Below are positions 53,581 through 63,828 of a DNA stretch of 64,000 nt, one piece after another. Source of the DNA: Vezdaea acicularis (taxonomy: Eukaryota). A program made the position numbers and the translations under genes. The notes under the pieces were generated by a model that did not search any database, was not told the origin of the DNA, and worked only from the letters and a program-made list of their open reading frames with translations. Positions within the stretch are counted from its first letter, which is position 1; each line of letters begins with the position of its first letter. The stretch covers positions 124,001-188,000 of the forward strand of contig JAPEUI010000013.1 in NCBI GenBank assembly GCA_026025075.1. The letters run 5' to 3'.

Positions 53581-54741
53581 GAACGATCAAGTAATATTCA
53601 AGGAAGAGAAAGTAAAAGAGCAGAAGAAAGAGAAGCGCGTGCGGAGACGAGGAGACGGAAAGGATCTATCAGCATTGCACCGGTGCCTTTTTCTTGAAAT
53701 CATTTTTGAATTCCCGGGGGGCCGGCTTTCAGCGAAACTTTTGCATTTACACCAGGCGCGCTCGGAAGATCAGAGACCACTGGGGGCGAGGGGGGGGGGA
53801 ATGTTTACGGCATGGGCTATCTATTCTTCTTTTTTTAACTCTAATCACTTTCGGGCGTATCACTGCTTCTCTTACTCCTCCTTCCCCCCAAACCCTTTTT
53901 CTTGGTGTTGTTGGCTAGCGCACTCGCAGCTGTCGATTATTACCTTCTTCCTTTTTTTGCGCACGGAGCATTTTAATGTATCTATGGAACGCGGAGTTCT
54001 GATATGCCCTTTTCGCCTAAATTATTGGCCGGGCACGAGATAAACCATAATCTAATGGATCTTAATCATCTGCACTCTGGGCCCTTGGTAGCTCGCTCTT
54101 TTTCTTTCTGGCGCCGCTCCTAAAGGCGGATGGGATGCTATTTTCCGCCTTATGTTCTCTCTGCGAAGGATCAATAGTGATCATCTACCTACTCTTATCC
54201 ACGGCGCTAATGATTCATCTCTAGCGTGTCTTCTGGGATTCCGCCGTTCCAGCTTTTTTCCTGGCGTGGTCCTACTCTGCCAGGTCGGAGAAATACCTCA
54301 TACCTCACGTCCCCTCGGGAATTGACAATAGACCACTTTCCTTCCAGAACATGGTGCATCAGAGTCACGCATGGCTGGATGACCTTTGTCAGGGGTCCCG
54401 ATCCTCTATCTGTAGCTTCTTTCACGCAGCCTTTTTCTTCTTAAGAGGGTTCGCTTTTACTTCATGCACACACTCCTTTCTCCTTCGACTGTTATTTCGA
54501 TCAGTCGGTATTGCTTTCATGTCCGTACTGCGCTCTTGTCCTGATGCGTTTGGGATCAGTGGCGACTGCTTGAGAAAGGAGATAAGGCCCTTTTGTGACG
54601 AGCGATATACGGAAATACGGCGTAGGGAGACTTGAATCAGCATCGCCCCGCAATCACGTCTTCGGCACTTGATTGTCTATCCAGAAGAGCTCTTTCTCTC
54701 GACACCTTTGCGATAGCTGTCTCAACCCACGCTTACCAAGA

Positions 54742-55593
54742 ATGTCGGAATCCCCACTTCGACAGAAAGCGGATAGAACTCGCACACCACCACCACCACC
54801 ACGACGAACGCGTCTTCCACGCAGGCTCGAAGCGCGCAAGCCTCAGCAGACGCATCACGCACCCACCAACCCCCTCCTCAAGCCCCAACTCCTCTCCCAC
54901 CTCCTCTCCACCCTCACCACCCTTATCATCCTACTCCTCCCCCTACCCCTCCACGCCATCTACACTCCAACCTGTACCGGCCCCCTCCCTCCCCCCATCA
55001 CCCTCCCCAATAACGGAGTATTCTACCTAACCGGCTATCACACCCTCTCAACCCTCTGCACCGGGCACCCGGCCCAGCCCTTCGTGCCCTTTCTGCGCCT
55101 AAGCTGCATCGAACCCACCCCCGGCCTAACCAACCTGGCCTACCCCGCCGACCCGGACGGCACCGCCTGGCTTCGCCGACAACCACCCGGCGACTGGCCA
55201 CTCTGGCTCGGTGAGGGTATGCTGTGTTACCGCCCCCCGCCCTATTGGGGCGAGATGACGCCTGGGACGATCACGTGGCTTGTGGTGACGCATTGTCGGC
55301 AGTATTGCACTTGTGAGAAGCAGGAGGGGAGGGAGGAGGAGGAGGAGGTGGGAAGTGTGCGGGTGGAGGACCACGAGGAGGCGGCGGAGAGGAGGGGCAG
55401 GCCTTCTAGGCGGAGGAAGTGGGATGGGACGGGGACGGAGGGTGGGGCGGGAGAGGGCGTGGATAGGACGGTTGGGGCGGTGCAGGGGACGCGGGGGCCG
55501 GTTTGTGAGGCCCGGGAGAGGAGGTGTGTTGGGCAGCGGACAAGAGGTCCCTTTGACGCGTTGGCCGGGATAGAATCCGATTCCTGGGGTTGA
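54742..55593 (+). CDS. Cys-rich, probably secreted or membrane-anchored protein, paralog 1 of the island (7-Cys module; probable premature stop)
   Basis: Hydrophobic segment LLSHLLSTLTTLIILLLPLPLHA, then YTPTC..TLCTG..VPFLRLSC..MLC..HCRQYCTC; intronless. Confidence 0.65.
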   Translation: MSESPLRQKADRTRTPPPPPRRTRLPRRLEARKPQQTHHAPTNPLLKPQLLSHLLSTLTTLIILLLPLPLHAIYTPTCTGPLPPPITLPNNGVFYLTGYHTLSTLCTGHPAQPFVPFLRLSCIEPTPGLTNLAYPADPDGTAWLRRQPPGDWPLWLGEGMLCYRPPPYWGEMTPGTITWLVVTHCRQYCTCEKQEGREEEEEVGSVRVEDHEEAAERRGRPSRRRKWDGTGTEGGAGEGVDRTVGAVQGTRGPVCEARERRCVGQRTRGPFDALAGIESDSWG

Positions 55594-55839
55594 TGCAGGG
55601 GAGTGAAAGGTTCAAAAGGGGACTTGGGTTAGTGAAACGCGTATTTCTACAGGTATGCTACAAGTTACGTGCTGGAAACCGTATCTATCGACGAATCGCC
55701 AGTTGTTGTGCTAATGAGACATGAGAGGTTTCAGTCCAGTCTAGTCTTCCATCACCGAAAAAGGGAATACAGAGGAAGCAGTCTCCGTTTTTCCATCCAG
55801 GGGTCCTACACGCCGCAACAACCCCCACTCTCCTCCCCG

Positions 55840-56988
55840 TCACTTGATCAAACTCCCTAACCCCCCCATCCACAGCTCCGGCGCCTCATAGACCAGCCCA
55901 TCACGCGCCCCGCAGCACGCCGCGCTGACATATGTGCTGTTGCAAGTACACGCATCAAATAGCGTCCCCTGCTCCTCCACCAGCCCATCTCTCTTCCCGA
56001 ACGGCCCCTTCGGGCCTCCCTTCAGATTGTTCTGCATGCACCGCCCGGTCGCCGCCCACTGCAGTGCGCCACGGAGCGCATCCCTCAGCTGCGCCGCGGT
56101 GATGGGCCTCCTGCGGTTCCTCCCGGGGATGATGGGTACCGCCTGACAAGCCATATCTCCGCAGCCGGCGCCGTTATTATTGCCTCCATTGCCACCGCTA
56201 CTCCCACTTGCGCCACCCGCCCCGAAATTACTCGTGCTGACGCTCATGCAGTCGCTGTTGCTGTGGCACGGCCGGCTCGTACACCTCCCGCTGACGATGT
56301 TGTTGACGTAGACGGGCCCCTCCAGCCAGGCGCGCAACTCGGCGCGCTCGCGCGCGATGCTCGCCGCTGAGCTGATGGTGGAACCGGTGCCATAGGCCTG
56401 GGCGACGGCGGCGCCGGCGCCGTTGGTGCCGGCGAAGGGCTCCCAGTCGGCGCCGTCGTCGTTCTGGGTCGGGTTGGCATCGCCCCAGATAACGCCGTCT
56501 AGCTCCTGGACGCGCTCGTTGTCGTCGTCGGCGTCGATGCTGCCCGCATGCAGCTGTAAGGGTTCCGGGCGCGGCGCGCAGCTGCAGTGGGTCTGGCAGA
56601 AGGTGAGGAGCTCGGTACTGGCATCCCAGCCCCTGGGGAGGGTGCAGCGCGGGGTCAAGAGATCGGGAGGTGCACCGGGGCATCGACACTTAAGGGAGGG
56701 GACGGATGGGTAGCGTTGCACTCCACTGGGATATTGGAGGAAAGACAGGGCGCTGCCGCGGCAAAATTCGGCGGAGCTGGTGTAGTCGAGCCATTGCCTA
56801 TAACCAGTATCGGGCCAGAGGGTTTGGTCGGTTGGAAGCTCGCCCCAGCAGATGGGACGGTAGGAGAAAGCGTCGACGAGGGCTTCGGCAACGGGGGTTG
56901 CGACGACAACAGTATGATGTGGGAGGAGGTGAGAGAGGAGCGTGAAGATGGGGAAGAGGTGACGCGGTCGAAACGAGGCTGAAGACAT
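55840..56988 (-). CDS. Secreted multi-module Cys-rich protein (~382 aa), paralog 2 of the island
   Basis: Hydrophobic N-terminus; 8-Cys module YRPIC..EFCRG..VPSLKCRC..PRC..FCQTHCSC; a 6-Cys module; a KR site; then CTCNSTYVSAACC..DGLVYEAP. Long, GC-rich, intronless ORF. Confidence 0.8.
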   Translation of the reverse strand: MSSASFRPRHLFPIFTLLSHLLPHHTVVVATPVAEALVDAFSYRPICWGELPTDQTLWPDTGYRQWLDYTSSAEFCRGSALSFLQYPSGVQRYPSVPSLKCRCPGAPPDLLTPRCTLPRGWDASTELLTFCQTHCSCAPRPEPLQLHAGSIDADDDNERVQELDGVIWGDANPTQNDDGADWEPFAGTNGAGAAVAQAYGTGSTISSAASIARERAELRAWLEGPVYVNNIVSGRCTSRPCHSNSDCMSVSTSNFGAGGASGSSGGNGGNNNGAGCGDMACQAVPIIPGRNRRRPITAAQLRDALRGALQWAATGRCMQNNLKGGPKGPFGKRDGLVEEQGTLFDACTCNSTYVSAACCGARDGLVYEAPELWMGGLGSLIK

Positions 56989-58644
56989 GATTATGGTAAG
57001 GAGAATGCTATGAACGCGATGGCAGTGATATTGGAAAAGTTGTGGGCATGGATGCGACAGTAGAACCACGGTTCGGAGCGCGTGGTGGCAGGGATGTGTA
57101 TGCAGGAGGAGGTCCAGTGTAATACGGGGGTTGGTTGATAGGAATATGAAGGCAGTTTTGTACCTAGGATGGGCAGCTCTGGATCTGCGTGAATATTTCG
57201 GCGGCCCCCCATATCCTATGATGCTGTCTGACACGAGGTTTCGGCCCGCAGAAACCTAATCGTAACAAAAACGTGGAGCCCCACGGGAAAACCGTCGATG
57301 CGGGGAAGGTCGCGAGCGGAGGTAAGTCATGCGTGGATGTTTATAGCCGCAGGGTGCCCAGAGCGTTGCGGTCAAGCTGGTGTCCGCACGCTTTCGATCG
57401 GTCCGACTTGTGATAAACTTTACCACCGAGCTCTTGTGGAGACGTACATGGTAATTAAGTCTTGGTCTAGTGCGATCATGCTTCAGTCATTTCGTCTTGT
57501 ACACAAAGCCGTTTTTGGCCGAGGTTTGCCATTTGCTGTTGGAAGCAACATCACCAACCACCTCGACTTCCTCCAGAGCATAGCCACATGTGATGGCGCT
57601 CGCTTATCGGAAGTAAGTCAAGACCTGCAACACACTTCTCCTTACTCTTTTCGCTGCGGTACTTGCGGGCCAAGTCGCGAGCAACACTATTATTTTGTTC
57701 CACCTGTCGCCCTGGCCCTTTCAATGTTCAATATGCGCTAGGTTCTGGACGTTCTGCAATTGCTCGTCAATCATTGTACCGAAGTGAGAACCGCTGAGAG
57801 AACCAGATCTCTCTTCAGCAGCTATGAGCAGGCTTCCTGAACAACAACCGATGTACGAGCATAGGGTCGAAAGGATATCGCTACGAGGGCGACTGTTATT
57901 GGATGCGCTGTAGGAATTGGTGGGTGAAGGCTCGAGAATCTTAGGCCCTTGTTTTCTGCTTCAACAGAAAGTTGCGCCTTGATTATTTCTTAGCTGCGCA
58001 GATCCTTGGATATGACGAAACGCTAGGATATATCTAAGGAACAAAATTCTGTGTCCGATGGGGCGCCCTCAAGAAGTATGAAGGTAGGTCGAGATCGGGA
58101 GCGTTGCAGTAGATGAGCATCCTTCGATGGCCCATGGGCGCGTACTACGATGGCCTGTATTGCCGAGGGTAACGTAGGCCGAAAACGACAAGAAAGGGTA
58201 AGCTTCTTGAAACCGGTCTCGGCCTCAGCTTTAGAAACTAGTTTGAAGTCTAGACTTCAAGAGAGAGATGAGAGCAAGCTCGGACGAGGATGCGCATGGA
58301 ATTCACCATAGGCATAACTCAAATGCTGCCGATAGATTTACTTAGCATGGCAATGTCCGTTGGATAATTTGGTAACGGAGTCTGAGCTTTGAGCTTTTGT
58401 CGGCGAAACCATTGAAATTGAGCGTAATCTAGAAGGCTAGGCATAGGTTGGCTGGTCCTGCGCGAATTTGGCCTTGCTGATACAAGGACGGCCTTGTCTC
58501 AGTGCACGTATCCTTCTAGCGACCCTCGATTCGGCTTTCGCGACCTTTGGTCACAATATCGGAAGCTTGACGGTATATTCTTGGTACTGGAGAGACACCT
58601 CGACCAGCAGGGGAACTCTGGACTTAAGTAATTGCTGACGTATA

Positions 58645-59241
58645 ATGCGACAACTACTGCTTCTCTTCACTATTGGATTCCATTGCTGGCTCGTCAGCAG
58701 CGGAGGAACTCCCAAGTGCGAGACACGGTCGGAGGCTTGGAAGAGAGGTTACAGCTACTCAAGTTGGCCACGACTAGGGCTTGACCAAATATGCGTAGGA
58801 CCAGGTCAAGGCACTGACTACCCATCCTTGAATTGCCAGTGCAAGCCTCCTGGCCGGGATCTGCGAGAGGAACAGCTTTTATGTTATCCTGACACAACAT
58901 GGCTGCAGCCTGTCGGAGTCTACACCTACAGACTTCAGTCCTTTCTGGATCTATGCAACCAACATTGCAAATGTTGGGATGAAGAGGACAAGGATTACTG
59001 GTGGAGAAAGATAGAGGGTATAGATGACCACGGACAAGAGAGAAAGCAGAAGAGGAGGAAAAGCCGGGACCAGTCAGGAGGAAGAAAAAGATTTCGATCG
59101 GATGAGTTCATAGAGAGCGGCTTGATGGAGCTCGGTTGGGATTATAAGACATGTGAGAATACAAGGCAGCGCAAGGGACATGAATGTCAGTCTTTTCCAG
59201 CACCTTTTATGGGACATCGCACTATATCGGCAGGAAAATGA
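58645..59241 (+). CDS. Small secreted Cys-rich protein (198 aa), paralog 3 of the island
   Basis: Signal peptide MRQLLLLFTIGFHCWLVSS; 8-Cys module GTPKC..QICVG..YPSLNCQC..LLC..LCNQHCKC; basic tail. Confidence 0.75.
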   Translation: MRQLLLLFTIGFHCWLVSSGGTPKCETRSEAWKRGYSYSSWPRLGLDQICVGPGQGTDYPSLNCQCKPPGRDLREEQLLCYPDTTWLQPVGVYTYRLQSFLDLCNQHCKCWDEEDKDYWWRKIEGIDDHGQERKQKRRKSRDQSGGRKRFRSDEFIESGLMELGWDYKTCENTRQRKGHECQSFPAPFMGHRTISAGK

Positions 59242-59837
59242 AAGAGGCCTACCTAGACAAAGATTTTTGCCTAGGGAGGAGCCTGAAATTAAGAAGCATA
59301 TAACAGCAGGAACTTTGCTTTGGTAGGGCGGAAAGGCTTCGAGATGTATCGGCTTTGGAAGGGCTTCTCGTCCTCTGGACTGAAAAACGCATAAAACGGT
59401 CAGCGTCGCCGAGGGAAGATCACTACTGGATCAAGAGTAATAACGATATGAGGCGAGATCTAATGACCATTAATGGGACATCTGATAGTACTGGAGACCC
59501 TCAGTACTTCCTGTTGAGATGTTCATCCACAACGAGACAGGCCGTATATGAAGTTGAGGTTAGGGGACTGGTTGCATCCATGTCAGGAGATACGTGGTCA
59601 GGATACTAGCGACTCGAGGAGAGGCTGTGCCTGAAAGACCGAGTGATTTCGTTAGACATAGAAATACCAGAAGGTTCGTTTAAATTTAGAGGGAACACGT
59701 TTCGCCCGAATATTCAATGGGAACGTGAACCGTCTTCCTTATTTTTGTTGGTCTATCAGAAGGAACTTGCCGTTTCATTGCAGCAGCAGTGATGCAATTG
59801 CAAGTTATCAGAGGAGAATGTTGTCCATGCGCTTCGT

Positions 59838-61107
59838 TTAAATATCATGCATATCTTCATCTTTGTCCGCAGCGTTCTCATCATCTTCCCACTCTTCACC
59901 ATCAAGTTCGTCCGCATCTTCGTCAAACTCATCTGCCGCATCTGAGTCCCCGAGAGCTTCACCTAACTCGCCGACGAGCTCCGTAGCATGGAGCTTAAGT
60001 TTTTCATCCTCATATTCTAGCAACTCATATATTTTCAGGCTGTTTTGGAGCCACTCGCGAGCTGCAATTCGCAGTTGCCTTGCTTCTTCTGACTCCCTAT
60101 TGTGTACTGCCTTATCACCCATGAGGTAGAGGCACCAACCACCCAGATACCAAACCTCGATACTATTGTCATCTTCACCAATCAGACGTTCTAGGGTTTC
60201 GATAGCCTCATCATACATCTCGGTCTCGATAAGAAGGCGAGAAAGGCTGACGCGAGTTGGAAAATCCGGCACAGCTGGGTCTCCTGGTTGTAGCCATTTC
60301 CAGAGGTTCACACTCCTTGATAGAGCTGCCCGTGCATCGTCAAGCCTCAATTGTGATATCCTCACTGAGGCAAGCGTTTGCAGTGGCTGAGACTGATCCG
60401 GCGCGACGAGTAGAGCCTCCGATGTGAGTCTCTCACAGCGTTGCTCAGCATCCTCCTCCCACCTGTGATTTGGTGAGTGAGGCTAGTTTTTGACTGTTTG
60501 GAGTGCAAAGGACCTACGATAGATCTGTCATATACACTTCGACCATTCCGCAAAGCGCATTGGCTAATTTTTGCTTATTCTCCAATATTTCTTGGCTGTG
60601 GCCCTTTTCTCCTTGTGATTGAAAATGTCCAAGTTGCCTCCTTAGTATTTTGATCCCCTTCTCGAACCAGGCCACGCTCTCCACGCCTCCTTCTTCACAA
60701 ATTTGAGCAAGCCAGAGAAACTTTTCCGCCCCGCCACCCGCGGCTTCCGGTATCAACCCCTCCTCGTCAAGTGAAACAGCCGATAGGAAGTGCGCACGAG
60801 CCGTCGCAATATCTCCTAACTCAACGTTGATCTCGCCGAGAAGATTTATGGCGGGCAATGCCGCTAGAATAGGTACTGAAGAAGGTTGCAGAATCGAAAG
60901 GGCACGATGTGCAATTGGCAGCGCCTCCTGCGGCTGAGAAATCTGTAGGAGGGCTGTTGCCTCTGCGAGAAGGACTTCAGGTATCAACTCTGATGTTGTG
61001 GCTTTTGCGGGTTTCATGGACTTGGCGGGCGATTTAGAGAGGATTGCACTGCTGAGTGTGGGTTTATCACGCCTCTTTGAGCGTTTGCTGCTTTTAGTCT
61101 TCGCCAT
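59838..61107 (-). CDS. ACL4: TPR protein Acl4, assembly chaperone of ribosomal protein uL4
   Basis: GGAEKFLWLAQICEEGG, EVYMTDLS|WEEDAEQRCE, LQTLASVRISQ and EVWYLGGWC, plus an acidic tail; intron ~60517-60463. Confidence 0.88.
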
Positions 61108-61681
61108 TGAAGGGAGTTACATCATCTGGAAGATGACCTATGCTCTGCTCGAAATTTCGACTATAGGGTCTGAATATTCAAAGAGAAGGAACACGCGGGT
61201 GCACCCGCGTTTTGCATGACTTCTCTCGATGTCATTTACGAAATTTAGAAAATTCAAGAAATTCGACCAATCAGCTTTCTGATAGGGCCTCCCAAGCGGA
61301 ATTTGGAAGTTTAATGGGAGTATATGCCACCTGAACGACACAAATTCCAGGCCGACATTGCTGCTAATTTAGCTTTCAGCTCATGCGAAAATTGGAAAAC
61401 ACCAGAAAATGTATCTGAAGAGCTGTTACTTCTGGGTTTGCGGAAAGCTGCTCTGTGCAAGAGGGGGCCTTAATTGAAGGCTTGCACTAAACGCGCTAGC
61501 GCGAAGTCGAGCAAGCCTAACCGTAACGGAAAAAGTCGCCCTCTTTGATTCCGCCTCTTGCGTGCTAGAACAAAGACGGGAAGGCAACTTTCACTGAATA
61601 TTCTCCTTAAAACTCACCATCTGCGCTTACAGAGTCTCAAAGCCTCTAAACATCGGGATCAATCACCTAAGGGCTACCATC

Positions 61682-61999
61682 ATGTCTCGTGAGCAATACG
61701 AAGTTCCAAACACTGCTTCCCCCGCCCTCGGTCAGACCAACGACAATCAAGCTGGCGGCTCCGCATCTGCCGACAATCTTGGACCGTCAATTCAATATAC
61801 ATGTGGGCAGTGCAACTTGAAAACTCCGCTCAGGAGGGGAGATGCTGTGAGATGCTTTAGCTGTGGACATCGTGTCTTATATAAAGAGAGGACTAAAAGG
61901 TATATTTCCTTGGAAAAGCTGCGTTCGTCTAGGATGAGTCGCAGTGTATAGCTAACATTGCTTTCTACTCATAGAATGGTTCAGTTCGAAGCAAGATGA
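61682..61999 (+). CDS. RPB12: RNA polymerases I/II/III shared subunit Rpb12 (RPABC4)
   Basis: Zinc ribbon YTCGQC..VRCFSCGHRVLYKERTKR, intron ~61900-61973, final exon MVQFEAR*. Confidence 0.95.
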
Positions 62000-62210
62000 T
62001 ATACTGATAGTTGGCGCTCCAAGCATATAGGAGAGAGCTAGTACCTCTAGCATTTCGCTGGTTCAGGGGGATAAAAGCGATGGAGTCTAGGCTTGGATGA
62101 TATTAGACGGCATGGCTCCCATGGTATCAAAGCACATATCCACATGCTGTTCTCAAGATACTTGGATCCTTCAGGACTATTCAAGACCACCTGCTTGAGT
62201 TTTCTTTCGA

Positions 62211-63491
62211 CTAAGGCTCACTGAAACTGTTGGTAACTTCAACAAAATCCTCCCATGAACTCCAGGCCGCTCCGCTCTCAACGGCCCATCTCGCCCGTCT
62301 AACACCTTCTTTCCACCTGCCACCTCCAGGGCCCCTTTCCTTGATTACTTCTCCCTTGATCCCTTTATTATTAAGGCTTGTGTCCGCGTCACAGACACCA
62401 GCTGTGACGAGTAAGGCAGCAGTGTTGATGAGTACAAAGTGTAGTATTGGATCGTCTGGATCCATCTCGTTCTTCAATAGTTTCTTGAGTATCATTGCGT
62501 TATTCTCCGGTGACAACCCTGGCGAGACCTCGGATAGAGGATGTTCCGGCAAACCAAAGTCAGCCGGCGACAAAGTGAAGTGAGATATCTTCCCATTGAC
62601 TAGCTGCCAGCAGAAAGTACGTCCAGCGCAACTGAGCTCATCCAAATCTTCCTCGCCACAGATAATGAGGGCCTTCTTTGATCCATTCAGTCGAAGCGCT
62701 TCTGCAAAGACTGGGCCTAGGTCGCGTCGAGCGACTCCAATGACCCTGGCTTCGATCGCGTCATCCACTGGGTTAGCTAGCGGACCAAGGAGGTTGAAGA
62801 TCGTTCTCCATCCCAACTCCTTTCGTATTGCAGCGACATACTTCATCCCCGGATGAAACATCGGAGCGAAAAGGAAGGCGTAGGTGCTCTTCTCATAAAC
62901 TTTAGGGAGAGTCTTATTTGTTATGGCCTGAAGATCTGGAGGCGTCGGTTTAATTGCACACAAGAGGTCGGCAGAGCCTGATGTTGAGGTTGAGGCGCGG
63001 TTCCCATGTTTGGCAACAAGTAGTATCGACGAAGCTAAAATGGAAGATGTTGTAGAAATATTAAAAGTATGATGATCATCCCCTCCAGTGCCAACAATAT
63101 CGCACTGTGAAGGCTATTAGCCGTGGGCTTTGGGGAATGGATAGGAAAGTAAATTGCCGCGAGATAGTTGACATACCAATCCGCCCTGGTACAGTCCTTC
63201 AGTTTTGCGCCTACTCTTCAGTACCTTGTCTAGCTCTTGATAATCTACGAGAGACGCAGCATCTCTCATTTCCCTGGCACATTTGTAGATAACATCTGCC
63301 CTTCTGTCCCAGCCTGTGAAATGCAAACATGTCAGCAGGGCTCCGGTCTGAACAGGTGAAAGCTGGTTCGTGAATATCCGAGATATTGCCAAGGCGATCT
63401 CATCTGCAGTTACTTTCGCGTCTTCCGGTGAGGGCCATAACCGTTTGAGCAGCGGGGTTATCGAAATCTGCTGGGACTTGATTGCATCCAT
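62211..63491 (-). CDS. TRP4: Anthranilate phosphoribosyltransferase
   Basis: After intron ~63175-63105: CDIVGTGGD..FNISTTSS..KHGNRASTSTSGSADLL, FLFAPMFHPGM, RTIFNLLGPLANP and LDELS. Confidence 0.95.
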
Positions 63492-63828
63492 GATCTACGC
63501 TGTTCGAGGTTGCTCTTTCTCAAGAATCCATCTCATGGATTATTTGAACAATTACCGGAACTCGCTGAGCTCCGTATCCCGCATCAGCTCTACCACAAAG
63601 GGAGTTCCTTGTCACTAAATGCGGGTTCGTGATTCGCTAGGCGCTAATCGGAATACGAACCTTTTTATTTTCCGAACTCGATCGGAATCGCATCCACCCC
63701 GTCAAACTTCCTCACCCTGCCCGTCCTGCTCCCTCTACTCTGGTAAGACGAAATTTCCTCGTGAACAAGAACGAGCTGACCCTCTCTGAATAGTCGCTGT
63801 AGACATTGAGCGGCTTTCAACTATCACA

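Noticed and set aside
59239..59241. TGA at an aligned Cys position in paralog 3 read as selenocysteine or readthrough
   Set aside because: Ascomycetes are not known to have Sec machinery, and an in-frame TAG follows four codons later; simple nonsense mutation is more parsimonious.
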